Of a DNA stretch of 64,000 bases, positions 38,833 to 51,849 are shown piece after piece. The first letter of the stretch is position 1. Every line of letters starts with the position of its first letter. Source of the DNA: Podospora anserina (Eukaryota); contig CM030333.1 in the NCBI GenBank assembly GCA_017654855.1, positions 4,092,001-4,156,000 on the forward strand. The letters run 5' to 3'. A model generated the notes under the pieces. The model ran no database searches. It was not told where the DNA came from and saw only the letters and a program-made list of their open reading frames with translations. The position numbers and the translations under genes were made by a program.

Positions 38833-40729
38833 TCAAAAAGATAGAAAAGCCAACTGCCAATCCACCCTCAACCTCTTCTTCTCTCTCCTCTCCACCCTCT
38901 CCTGCGCCCTCCTCTTTCTTCTCGAAGCCCCCCTATCCTCCATAAACCTCCCATACCTCCACTCCAACCACTTTCTCAAGAAGATCTCAAAATCTGTCTT
39001 GGTCAGCCTCCCCTCCCACGTCAAGCCCTGCAATCTACACCCCGCCCCCGTCCCCCTAAACTCCCTCACCAACCGTGTCGGCACCTTCCCATACCTCCCC
39101 CACCAAGTATGAGCCGTCTCAACCTGCGTCCCAAACTCCCCAAAAACAACCTTATCCCTGAACAGCTTCGACACCCCCTTCCTCTGCCCCTTTAGCTTCC
39201 ACTCCTTCTTCTTCATACTCCCATACTCTTTCCCATTCAACTTATCCCACTTCACATTCTTCATCCCCTCCCACTCTTTTTTCCACTGCTCCCTCTCCTT
39301 CCTATCCTTACCCACTGTTCCCAACCCCAACCCCTCCCTCCACGCCCTCACCACCGCCTCAGTTTCTTTCTGTCCAAAAACCCCCATCTGCATCAACTCC
39401 TTAACAGCTTTATAAAACCCCTTGTTATCATTAAACACCTCCCCCAACCCCAACCTCCTCCTATTCTTCTCCCTCTCCAGATCAGGAATCACATTCCCAT
39501 TCTCGTCATACCTCACCGCAGGCAACTCACTCTCCCTAACCGCCTTTCGCATCCCCTCCTCCGCCCACACCTTCTTCTTCCTCGCCCCATCATCCCCACC
39601 CGGCCCACCACCACCACCACCACCACCACCATCACCACCACCATCAAAACTAGCATCCGATTCATCGCTCGTATCCATCTCCATCACATCAGCAGGCGGG
39701 TCCAACCCGTCCGGCTCCGTCGCCGCCCGCCGCGCAGAATGAGCCACATACCCCGTCCAATACAGATCCGACTCCGCGGTGGGAGCAGCCCCCGTTGATC
39801 TCCCCCCAGCAGCAGCAGCAGCAGCAGCAACAAGAACACCACCGGTTCGGGTGAATGCATTAACCCCCCCTCCGACACCAACATCAGGAAGAGCAGCAGC
39901 AGCAACATCACCCCCAGGACCAAGGTTAGACCCAGCAACACTAACCACATTCTTCTTCCTCACCCACCCAAGAGTAACAGGCGTCACCAGCCCCCCCCGG
40001 CCACCACGACCAGGTGTGCTTTGCCTTGGTGTGTTTCCCCCAGGTGTTCTCCCAGGCGGGGTTTTGGGCGGTTCGGGAGTCTTCCTCCCCGGTGGTGGTG
40101 GTGGTTGCGGTGGTGGTGTCTTGGGACCGGTAACACTCCCAACAACACTAGGCGTGGGCGTCTTCCTCCCCCCCGAAGCAGCACTAGGCGTCTTCCCCCT
40201 CCCGCCGCCACTGTTGTCAGGACTAACGTCTGTGTTCGGGCTCGAAACAACAACCGGCTGGGCAGGGCTCTGATCAACCTCCTCTTCTGATCCCGAGTAG
40301 GAAGGAGAAGACGAAAGAGATTCGTATACCGCCTCCGACTCCTCATCGCTGACTGCTACATCGTCAATCTCACTGTCATCAACGACAAAGTCGGGGGGTA
40401 GGAAGCCGACCTGTAGCGGTTTGCTGCTGCTGCTGCTGACCAGCCGTACCAGTGTTTTGAGCAGCGCTCGCCGCCGCAGCAGCGGCAGCTTGAGCTCTTG
40501 TCTGAGCCCTGGTTGCCCTTCTGGCCGGCTTCGCCATCACCGAGTCGTCGTCGTCGCTGCTGATAAAGTCCCTGTACCCATACCCGACATTGCCCGCCTC
40601 CCGCTCCAGTTCCTCGTCGTATCCCCCCTCGACATAATACTCTTCGTTGCAGCACTCATCATCCTGTTGGTCACATGGTTGTTGGTTCTGCTGTTGCAGA
40701 GCCTGGCGCATCCATTGGAGAAAAGACAT
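38833..40729 (-). CDS. Hypothetical low-complexity protein split by an apparent 1-nt frameshift near 40393-40398 (pseudogene or assembly error)
   Basis: The ATG at 40729 opens a frame that stops at 40379. A second frame is open from about 40530 to the stop at 38833. Removing one base from the G6 run fuses them (..GRLPTPDFVVDDSEID..). I recognise no family. Confidence 0.55.
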
Positions 40730-42579
40730 GGTGACAAGTAGTAGTAGTAGTAGCAAGGTGATTGATAGACCAGGACAGACAGAAGCCTCGAGCAGTTTAA
40801 CTGAGAGAAAAAGTAGGCAGATAGTAAGCAAGTAACAATGTTATTGGCTTTCTATAATTCTTTTCGAGGTACTATACCCTGAACGCAGACGGCTGGACAA
40901 AAAGCCACTGGTGGTCCGAGCGGCCATGCTCCAAAACTGCTTCTTTCACATCAACCCTTTGTTCAACAACCAAAGCTCCAGCTCACAAGTGAGCTGATCT
41001 TAAAGTGCCCAAAGCTTAACGCCGGAATGGACAATGACAACAAGAGCACCATGTTGACCTTGTGCTCTTCCAATCCAATCCTCAAAACGAAAAAAGAAAA
41101 TAAGAAAAAAAGAAAAAAAGACAAAGAAGAAGAGAATAAACAAACGTATGTGGACCTTGGATTTGCGTCCACTGTTGACTTTTGAGGCTGAGAGAAAAAT
41201 GCAAAATGCCCCTACCAGTAAACCACTTGGTTGTTGTTGACCCCCATCCCATCCCCGCCGAAAACAGACAGCCTTCCCTCTTCAATGTCCGGAACCAAAG
41301 GTAACGGCATGGAGGATTAACCAGCCAACTTCAGCCACAGTCCCCTCCACTCGTCCATAGTGTAGTCGTGCCCTTCCATTGTCTTTTCTCCCATGCTACC
41401 ATGTCTCAGACACAGAAACAATGCATGCATGTCTCGCCAACTACCGCCATCAACCCTCGTCGGCCTCACCGCTGACCAGTTGGTCAAATGCTTCCTCCAT
41501 GCTCGCCAAAGTGTACCGGGTACTGGAATGCAGATAGCGAGGACATCGTGACAGGCAACCACCGGCGGGCCGCAGAGCGTGGCGTTTGCCTGTGTAACAA
41601 ACCAAACAGACATGTCTCGGGCCCATGCATAAACTCCGCCCAGACGGGCTTCGTACCTGGAAAGAAATAAACTAGTTAGCTCCGTCAGCTTGAGACACGA
41701 TAGGTTACCTGCTCTGCCCTTTTGGCGACGGAATCAAGTCAGCAGTATGGAGGTATTGCCAAAAACGAGGGATCCACGGGGACGAACAAAGACGCTTTGG
41801 GTTGCCACTTGACTTGAAAGTTTTTTTTTTTTTTTATAAAAAAAAACCCAAAAAAAAACCAACACGTTTGCACCACTGGGGCCATGGCGATACTTAATGC
41901 ACGTGTGTCAAGGGCGTATTATGCTGTGTGGGTGTGTAGGTGTCAGGAATAGGAAGATGGTGATGGTAATCGCAAGGACGCATTTACATGTCGGAAAAAA
42001 AGGCTGTTAGTTTGTGGTGTGTCACGGATCAAGGCTGGCTGGCTGGCTGAAGTTGATGTGTTTCGTATCATGTCGACTACGTAATGAAATCCCCCGGTCT
42101 GAAAACTGCCGCCGTGCTTTTATGCCGCTGCTGCAAAAGTCGTCACGAAATTGAGATGCCGATGAGCCGTAGCAAAGAGGCGGAAAAAAAGTGATAGTAC
42201 AAGCGAGGCTGTCATCCAAGCGGAAACTCGATAGGATGACGGCGAATGGGTAGGCCCACCCCAAAACAAGTGTCGACCAGTGCTGCCGCAAACCGGAGAG
42301 TGCCAGTCCCAACCCCTCAACCCTCGGAACTGTCGAAAGTCGCAACCCAGAGAAAGGCTAAGAAGTAAAAAGATCTAGAACCCCAGAGGCTGCCAAGACG
42401 ATGTGCCGAATAAACAGAGGCCGTTTAACCCTCCAAGATTGCCGAAACTCCTGCTGTCCGAATCGCGTTTTAGGATATCCGATTTTTCCCCAGTGCCAGA
42501 CGCGAAAAAACAAGAAAAAGGAAAGAAATCCCGTGCTGCGAAGACGTCAAATGCCAGAGAGAAAAGGGATGCCCGATAC

Positions 42580-43947
42580 TTAGCGAGCGCCTAGAGAGGA
42601 CGAGTCAGTAACTGGTTGTCGAGGGGAGGGCGATCAAGGTCCATTACCGTAGGGGTCACGGCTGTCGCCGCGGGGAGCAGCGTCGCCATAGCCGGCAGCG
42701 GCAGGAGGAGCGGCGTCACGAGGACGGGAGTCGCGCTCACTCGGACGATCGTAGCCACGGTCAGCGCGGTCACCACGGTCGTAGCTGGGACCACCCCGAC
42801 GGTCATCACCGCCACCACGTCCGCCGCCATAGCCCCGATCATCACGGCCGGCGTAGCGGTCAATGCCACCACGGCCACCATAGTTGTCGTCACGCTCGCG
42901 GCGGTCATACCCGCGGTCATCACGGTAATCACGGCCGTAGCCACGGTCATCGCGATAGTCACGGCCACCGCCGCCGCCGCCACCATAGCCGCGGTCGTAT
43001 CCACGATCAGGGGCCCCACGGTCGTAAGCGCGGTCATCCCCACGATAACCACGGTGAGAGCCGCCACGGTACGAGTCGTCTCCACCACGGTAACCACCGC
43101 CGCCATAACCGCCGCCATAGCCGCCACCACGACGACGGTCATCAAAACGACCACGGCCATCTTCTGGTCTAGTTAGCCTTGATCGTTACACAGGTGATGG
43201 AAGGAACTAGATACTCACCACGCTTGGGAGGACCGAAGTACTTGCCCGGGGTGGGAGTGCGAGGACGGGCGCGACGAGCCTTCTCAATAGAAAGAGTGCG
43301 ACCCTCAATCACCTCACCACGAAGGCCATCAATCGCAGCCTCAGCCATTTCGGAAGTAACCATCTTGACGAAGCCAAAGCCACGGGACTCGCCAGTGTGG
43401 GGATCCTTCATGATCTGGCACTTCTCGACCTCGCCATACTTCTCGAACAGACGGGTAACCTCGGCCTCCTCGAGACGAGGATGGATGCCGGTGACGAAGA
43501 GGTTGGAGCCAGGGTTGACGGCACCATCTTCACCCTTCTGGGAGTTGTTATCACTCTTAACCGGGGCGCTGTTGGACGACGAAATCAATTAGCGGGTTGG
43601 CTCCAGACGATGATGAGAAGCTAATGTTTTGTCTAAATAAATCGAGACAAACATACCGGTCGTTACCGTTGGGCGACATGGAGCGGCGACGCGACTCGTG
43701 GCCATCGTCGCGGCGAGGAGAAGCACTGCGGTCTCGTTCGTAGCGAGGAGCCTCGTCTGTGTTAAGAGAGGGAAAAACGTCAGCGATGATGCTCCTCTCG
43801 ATCCGAGTCGGAAATGATGGAGTGGAAAAGAAGCCAGGGTCGACGCGCGCCACACGAGACGCGATCGACATCGATTGATATCAGCAGCGACTTACCATCG
43901 AAACGGTCGCCATTGGCGTTCTCGTAGTCCATCGACGTGGTCGCCAT
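42580..43947 (-). CDS. Single-RRM SR/Tra2-like RNA-binding protein with an RGG/RD-rich tail. Exons 43947-43896, 43756-43657, 43568-43219, 43163-42648, 42590-42580
   Basis: RNP2 NLFVTGI, RNP1 RGFGFVKM and RARPRTPTPGKYFGPPK. Exon 4 reads EDGRGRFDDRRRGGGYGG..DRGYDR repeats. A last intron (GTAATG..CTGAC..TAG) gives the end ..DPYGAR*. Confidence 0.88.
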
Positions 43948-45111
43948 CTTTGTGCTTGTTTGTGTAGTGGATGTGAATATGGTTGTGTTCTTGCGAAGGG
44001 AAAATAAGAGAAGGCCGCTGCAAGATTTTTGGTGGAGTTTGGGTGCACTCTCGGTGACGGAGAGATTTTGGCTTTGGGGGGGGAGGGGTGGGAAGAGAAA
44101 AGAGAGCGAGGGAAGGTTTGGTTCGGCCCAGAGCGCGCAGAAGGGAAGGATGACGGGACAGGAAGAGCTCTGAAAAAAAATGGAAATTATCAATGCGCAG
44201 CCTGGCTGCCTGGGGTGCAAAACTGCCAAGACCTGGAGTCGCCGCAAAGGGGGGATTTCGTATTCTCTACGCCTTGTTAGGCCTTGTGGAAGTGAATTGC
44301 TCTTCGTTATCGATAGCAGAGTTTTTCCGCAAACAAAAGTGGGGAAGGATTTTTAGGACAGATAAAGGTCCAGAGCGAATCAGCAAGAACGAAGGAGGTC
44401 ATGCGTGCCAATTAAGACATCCTGAGTGAATAAAAGAGGCGACAATGGCCGCCGGTTGCAACAACCGAACGGTTCAATGTTTGCCTCTCACCCTCTTCTA
44501 GTTGTTACGGTCTAATTGCATATCTAGGCTGGGCAAGTGAACATGAACTAAGCCAAGAATGGCCTAATCAGGGCGAGCTTGTCTTGAATTAACTTCTCCA
44601 CTCGACCCCAGATCTCGGATCTTATCAATCTCGAAAGCACAGGGCCACAGTCACCTCACCCGACAAGAACAACACCGTGAATAGCAAGTGTCATGACTCG
44701 TGATTTCCTGAGACTTGCATAAGGATGCTGAGGCCTCCTCGTGATGGATGGTGGTCATGGAGGAGGGATGTCAGAGTAACAACAGCAGCCAACAGAGTGA
44801 GTGGCAAATTAAAGAGTTGTCCTCTCCATGATTGGACAACCTAAAGCAAACTCAAGCGCCTCTCTCCCACTCTTCTCTCCAACTTGTATCACCACTCACA
44901 GAGCTCCATGCATCACGAGGCTGCGTGTTATCATGCAAGCTCGAACAGCTGCAGCTTAAAACAACGGCAGCACGTGCGCGGATGCCGCAACACGCACCTT
45001 GATCGCAAATTTTGTACCCGAAATGAATGTTGCATACAGCTGCTTGAAGCTATACTATCATGGCCCTTTTCAGTCTTCATATGCCCTCACATAGACACTA
45101 AACCCAGGTCC

Positions 45112-47762
45112 TCAAAGGTCCTCCCACCCCTCATCATCATACTGCTCACCAGTAGAAAGATCCCTCATCAGCACCAACTCAACATCAACCTCCCCAGGCT
45201 CCCTCTTATCCAAAAACTTCAATGCCTCCACAGCCTTGCCTCCGCATGCCCTCTCCAGTGCCAAGAAGGCAAAGTGCCCCCCAACCACCGGTCTCGCCAT
45301 GAACCAAATCCCCGGGAACCCTCCATTGCCCTCTGTATCATACAAGTCCGTAAAAGGACGATCTAACACCACGTTAGCAAATACACCATCACATGCAGTG
45401 GAAAGAGGAGAAGAACCTACCAGTCTCAGTCTCATTCACCCACCTGGCCACACTCGTCAGAATCTCCGTCCTCGTCTTCCGTCCCGTCACCGCCGCCGCA
45501 AAAAACTCCCAGTCACTCTTCGTATACAAGTGCCTCGAATCCAACGGCAGCCCATACTTTTGCAGAACCGCATGATACCAATCGCTCTGCATCTGGTAGA
45601 CCTTGTCAGGGATAAAGACGTTCCCATCTTTTTCAGACCGGTAAGCCTGTTGTCCAAGTGGTATCTGACTTTCCATCCTCGGCTGCTTCCCACTCTTTCT
45701 CCCTCCTGTCACCGAAGATTTGTTCTTGTCCGAAACATGGAAACACAACAGCGAGTCCGCATACAGGTTGTAAATAGTCGTCCACGATCCATACCAAGTG
45801 TACGCCAGCTTGGCATGGGTCCCATCCCTCGAGATGCCATACTCCTGCCACTTCTCAATATACTCCCCCGCCGTCTCCCGATAAAACTTTGCATCCTCCT
45901 TTTCGCCCACAATATCCGCAATCTCGCTCATGGCTTTAATCCCAATAATCCCCTTCAGCGCCAAGTTCGTCTGGTTCGCCAACCACCCCGCAAAGTCATC
46001 CGTGCAAAGCTGATTATGCGGAATAAGCGACTCCCTGACCAAGTAACCCGTCCACTGCTTCCAAAGCTTGTAAGACCGCGACAACCACTTCTCCGCCGCC
46101 TTGGGCGTAGAGCCAAGCTTAGCCTCCCCTCTGGGTAAATCAATCCCATACTCATCCACACTCTCCCACCACCTCTTCGCTCCCGGAGCCGTCCTCATCC
46201 CCTCCGCCCCCTTTGGCCTCACAAACGCAGGATCAGTATCATACCTCAGCGCATTCGCCAACGCCAACCCCATAATCAACATATTCCCACACTCCTCCAC
46301 AGGCATATACTCATCCCTCCCATCCGGATGCCCCGTCGCGTTCGGAAAATGCGCCCCCAGATCATGCATCGAATAGTCGTTTGGATACTGCCCGCTCAGC
46401 TGGTGCTCCAGCAGCGGCTCCAGCAGATACGCCAACCACCTCGGGTTGGTATACAGGAAGAACGGAAAGGCCGGGAAGATCACATCCACCGTCTGGAAAT
46501 TCCCATTGCTCGAAATCTCCTTCAAAAACAAAATCGGGTCCTCGGGCGTCCCCGAAAACTGCGTCGCCCCCAGCACCTGCCTCGCGCTCAGCGCAGCAAT
46601 ATCCTGATACTCCCTCGACCCAGACTCATACGCATCCCGTGCCAACGCATCCGAATACTCCCCCGCCAGTTTTGCTGCAGTCTCAAAGTCATCAAAATGC
46701 CAACCCACTAATTCATCCGCATCGGTAAAAAAACTCTGCCAAAGCGGCCTCATCATCGTCAACCCCCTAGCACTAGCAAACTGCACAACCGGATCCTGCA
46801 CCAGCGCCCACGTAAACCTCACGCTCTCCTCCCTTTTCTCACACTTTTCCTTCCCCTTCCCCCCATCAGCCAACTTGAACCCCTTTGAAAAAGCAAAAAC
46901 CGGCTCATCCTCCATCACCCTCCTGAACTCCCCATCCACCTCATCCCTCAGCTCCCCCCTCTCCGCAAACAACCCCCTCAGCAAAGCACTAGTCCCACTC
47001 TGATACCTCACCCCGTTCTCCCCTCCCGGGGCAGAAAAGTGCAAAGTCCCCCACTCGGCCCGATCCCCAAACTCGGTCAGCAGCTCCTCCCTCTCCCTCC
47101 TCACCTTCCAAGTTTTTATTCCTGTCTTTGTCCCATTTTTTGTCCCCTTTTCTTCCCCGGGAGGAGATTCAAACATCTCCCACCGCAAAGTATTATCCCT
47201 GTTCCCCGTCACCCACTCCCCATTCACATCCGTGTACAAATCCAAGTCGTCGCACCCCGCAACAAAAACAGTCATGTACCCCGCCGGAATGGCCTGTCTC
47301 ATCGTCGAGGAGGGTGTGATAGGTGACAGGAACGAGAGCGTAACTAGTACCGAGGATTCTCCACCCGCCGCGGGGATGGAATAGCTCAGGTTGGTGGTGG
47401 AAGCATCAAACGTTACGCCGAGATACTCTGGATACGCAATCTTGTGACGTTTTGTCGACAAAGAGTCTTGCGGCCGGCCGAGGAGGGGGTAGACCTTCCC
47501 CGAGGCAGAGGCCATGACCGAGAAGCCGACCTACACACCCGTTGGTTTAGTAGCTTGTGAGGGGGTTGGGAAAAGGGGGGGAAGGACGTACGTGAGCACC
47601 AGTCCAAAACATTGGCCAGTTCTCCCATGGTGCATCACGGGCGTGGTATAACCATGTACTCAGGTACGGGTTCCGGACGATAAGCGGGACGGTGTTGGGC
47701 GTGAGTGTTGACGCGCTTGTCAGACCACCGGCGGCCAGCAGGAAGAGGTCGAACAACCGCAT
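45112..47762 (-). CDS. gtaA: Glutaminase GtaA-family secreted protein. Exons 47762-47592, 47530-45421, 45362-45112
   Basis: Signal peptide, then PLIVRNPYLSTW, FLKEISSNGNFQTVDVIFP, HDLGAHFPNATGH, MPVEECGNML, TDDFAGWLANQTNLALKGIIGI, YTKSDWE and ARPVVGGHFA. Confidence 0.9.
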
Positions 47763-48765
47763 TTTGTCTGCCCCTTGCTGATGGCGGAAATGTTGGTCGG
47801 GTACGGCTACCGAAGGGGGGGAAGGTTGGGGGGGGGGTTTAAAAATGACAAAAAAAGAATGTTGATACAAAATCACGGAGGAGGAGGATAGGGGTAGTCT
47901 TCAATGGCGGAAACCAGACGGGTGCCGCCAATATGATACCACCGGGCGGCGGCCCAAACCAACTGAAAGAAAGCGCTGCCTTTGCCCGAGCCCTCGGGGG
48001 AAACAGAGCAGCAGTAACGACTCGAGTACCACCAGGAATCAAAATACAAAACCGCAAGGTCACACAGCAAAATAATAGCAACCATACACATACAGAGTAG
48101 AACGCATTGCAAGAATAAAACCAAACCCCAAAAGCAAAACAGGGCAGCGAATCCTTAAATACAAGCTCCCAACGCCTGTAGGATGACGCCTGTTTCGAGA
48201 TGCCCCTCTTCAGATGAACAGGGAGGGGGGGGGCGGGTCGTCCAATTAAGCAACCGGTCATGGGGCTTCCACAGGGATGCTGCCCCATTACCCCGCAAAC
48301 TCCGGGACCCATGACGGGGCAAGCTCCCGCTGTTGCATGAAGCTGTTGTGTGTCATTTGTGGGGTCCGTTGCAACTCTCGGGTCCACGATGAGATCAGAC
48401 AATGATTGTGCTATTGACAGTGGGCTATCTGTATCTGATTTCAACAGAGGCAACTCTTCCCAGCAATGTATAAGGTAAGTCTCAGCTGGCGTGTTCTCCC
48501 AAGTATGATGATAAAAACACACACAACGCATGCCTCCCAATATTTCCTAGTAACATGAGCTAAATGCGCTCTGTTTTCCTCCGCTTGCTAACCCATATGA
48601 CTCCTTTCCCAAACCAACGCTGGTTTGGTTACATTATATACAGTGGCAGGTGACACTACAGCAAGGCCAATGTCAGAACGACAGGAATTGAAAAAAAAAA
48701 AAAAACCGACAAAAGTAGCCCATGTGATCATGGTTGATGGTTCCTGATACTCGCACAAAATCCAA

Positions 48766-51700
48766 TCAGCTGCCACGGAACAAGAACTGCAGGTCCTCCG
48801 GACTCAGCGAGTCCATGGCGGCATCGTCCGAGTTGATAGTCGAGTTGATCATGTTGGTCTTCTTCTCTTGCAGAAGCACCATGCGGCTCTCTACCGAATC
48901 TTCGATGCACAGTCTCGTGATCGTGCAGGGTCGCGTCTGCCCGATGCGGTGGCATCTATCGGCGCTCTGCCACTCACTGTGATACAACAGATTAGCGGGT
49001 GCCATGTGACAAGCTCAATGATAACGAAACAGAATACTTACGCTGCGGGATTCCACCAGGGATCGACGATAAAGACGCGAGACGCCTCTGTCAAGTTGAG
49101 CGCTACACCACCAGCCTTGAGCGAGACGAGGAAGCATTCCACATCCGGATTGGTCATGAAATGATGAATCGAAGCCTGTCTCTGAGCAGGTGTCATGCTA
49201 CCATCAAGCATCACAGTGGTGATACCCGCACGGCGGAGACGCCACTCGATGAGCTGAAGCATGGTTGTAAACTGTGAAAATATGATCGACTTGTGAGAGG
49301 CATTGTCCGAGCGCAGCTTGTGGAGCTCGTGGACCAAAAGCTCAATCTTGGACGAGGACGTCCAATTCTCCATCTTGATCCGGTTGATGATCGAGGACTT
49401 CTTGACCATGGTCTCGTCCTGCTCAATCTCGGGCTGCTCAAGATCAATCGAGAGGGGAATGTGGCATTGTGGGCAGTTGGGCTCCTCTGCCGAATTCAGG
49501 TAACTCTTGACACATGTGCGGCAGAAGTCATGCTTGCACCTAGATCGGATGGCATCCTCCGCAGTCTCGTCGCATATGGCGCACACGATGACGTTTTGGC
49601 CGCCCTCGCTGTGCTTCTTCAGGAGCAAATCCGGGTGATCAGCGACCTGGCGCATCTGCATGATCAAGCCGAAGATATTGGCGTAGTTGTTGAGGAGAAC
49701 ACCGGTGGCCACATAGGTATCGAATTTGCGTTGACCGTTGGTCATGATCGAGTTTGCGAAATCGTTCTCAGCTTCGCCGAAAAACTGACGTTCAACATTG
49801 ATCTCCTTCACAGGCAGCTCCATCGAGTCGGTGTGGTCCTTTTTGAGCCGACGGAGCATGATTCGATCCGTCAGGACGCGCAACTTCTTGAAGGCCTCGG
49901 CGCCCTCTCCACGATTCCCGTACTTTTGGATCGGGTTGAGCAGCTCCTGGTTGAAGACTGAAACATGCTGCATGCCTCCATGCTTGCACTCGGTGCAGCG
50001 ACTGTCCTCGTCCATAGACCATTCCATTGTCTTACAGGGACAGTACTTGCATAAATAGCATGCGAATGGACGGACATTGAGGAAACGAATCAAGGAGAAA
50101 AACTCGCCAATGCGATTTTGCAGAGGAGTCCCGGACAAGCACCATCGGTATGTGACCTTGAGGGCGAAGCACGCCTTGGCTGTCATCGTGGTTCTCGTCT
50201 TGATGGAGTGAGCCTCGTCAAGAATGATGCGGTGAAACTCGGTCTGGTGGATGACAGACTTCTCCTTGACAAGACCTCCTTGGCGCTTAAATCCCTTTTC
50301 TTGCTTGCGGAAGACCGACTCCAAGCTGTTGTAGGACATGATGATGACATGATACTTCTTAATATCTTTCACCTTGATGTTCTTGGACTTGGCGTTTGTG
50401 CCGTGATAGACAAGCGTCTTCAGTGTGCCGTCGGTATAGGATTCAATCTCAGTCATCCATTGCATCAGAGCAACCGGAGGGACGAGCACCAGTGTCGGCT
50501 TTGGCTGCGGGAAGTCGGACATGATGAGGGAAACGGCCTGGATTGTTTTGCCAAGGCCCATCTCGTCACCCAGAAGGCCCCCCTTCCACTCGGTCTTTTC
50601 CATCGCCTGCATCCAAGCCAATCCCTCAAGCTGGAAAGGCTTCAGCTGGCGAGAAATGGACGTTGGCTGCGCCGCCTTTCCAGCCTTTAAAATGGGCATA
50701 TTCTTCAGATCCTCCCACATTGTCGTGAGCTCGGGGTGATTTTTCTCAAGACGACGACGATCATTCCTAACACGTCGAGAATTCGCATAAGATCTGTAAG
50801 CGCGTCGATTGGCCATGGCTGTGCGAATAGCCGAATTGCTCCTATTAGTTGGGGCTCCAGCGGTGCTGCCAACTTCAGACGCGATGTTGCTGCCATCGTC
50901 GTCGCTAACATCGTCGGCGGTGCCATCAAAGTCGTCTTCAGAGATCTCGCTCTCACCTGCAGCCACGTTGAGATCGTGGTTCCTGATTGGACCGGTTGGT
51001 GGTCTTGCTGCTCGCGTCTTGATCAACGGAAGAGAGTCATCGCTGTCGACCTCTTCAAAGTCGTCATCATCCTCGTCGTCGTCGTCATCCTCTGAATCTG
51101 AAACGATGGCGGGTCTCTTAACACCCACTCGCGTCTTTGATGTTTGTGGAAGAGACACTTCCTCGTTCTTCTTACCATAACGGCGAACGGGTGCACGTGC
51201 ACGTGGAGAAGTGAACATGGCCTCGGTCTTGTCCTTAGTTAGACCGGCTCGCCGAGATCGGGGTTTAGCCTTTGTTTGGAGAGAGGGGATCGCGAAATTG
51301 GCAGCAGCAGCGTCTTCCTCCTTCTGCAACCTCCGCGCAAGCTCAGCATCTGGGGAATAGTCCGAGAGCTCTTCCTCACTGTCCTCGATGACATTTCTCT
51401 TGCGCTTGGGTGCGACAGAGTATGGGTCGTCTTCGGGGACCTTTGAAGGTCTAGCACGGGCTCTCCGAGTGGTAAGTACCACTTCGATCCTCTTCCCTGG
51501 AACAGTCAAGGGGGCCTCGGTAGGTACTGGCGTCGCAACATTGCTAGTAAGCGGCGTCGAATATTCACTTGCCGAGGAGTAGGCTTGGGGGGTCGGCGAA
51601 GCAGATGATTCTGTGCTCAGAGCCAGCTTTTTGGCTGGGGGTTTGCCTCTTTGCTTGACCGAGGGGACTGAGTCGGGCTGAGGGGACGCCGCTGAATATG

Positions 51701-51849
51701 ACTGTTAGTAGAGGATTCCGGGGTCGCTTAGGGGTCTTCAAGATTGGAGCCATCTTTGCCATTACGGCATAGAATTGTCACTTGGATGTAATTGTTGTTT
51801 ACTTACCAACAATCTCGCCGGCTGCGAGCGACCTCCTCGTCTGTACCAT
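48766..51849 (-). CDS. rad16: DNA repair protein Rad16 (SNF2 helicase with RING finger). Exons 51849-51807, 51691-49042, 48976-48766
   Basis: [54 protein letters not shown], and [35 protein letters not shown]. Confidence 0.95.

Noticed and set aside
42616..43176. 186-aa Thr/Ala/Val/Ile-rich plus-strand ORF resembling a mucin or membrane protein
   Set aside because: Reverse complement of the repetitive RGG/RD exon.
45236..46138. 300-aa plus-strand ORF
   Set aside because: Antisense to gtaA; no recognisable motif.
51565..51762. 65-aa [14 protein letters not shown] upstream of the rad16 main ORF
   Set aside because: It starts inside rad16 intron 1 and is out of frame with exon 2; the ATG at 51849 explains the gene.
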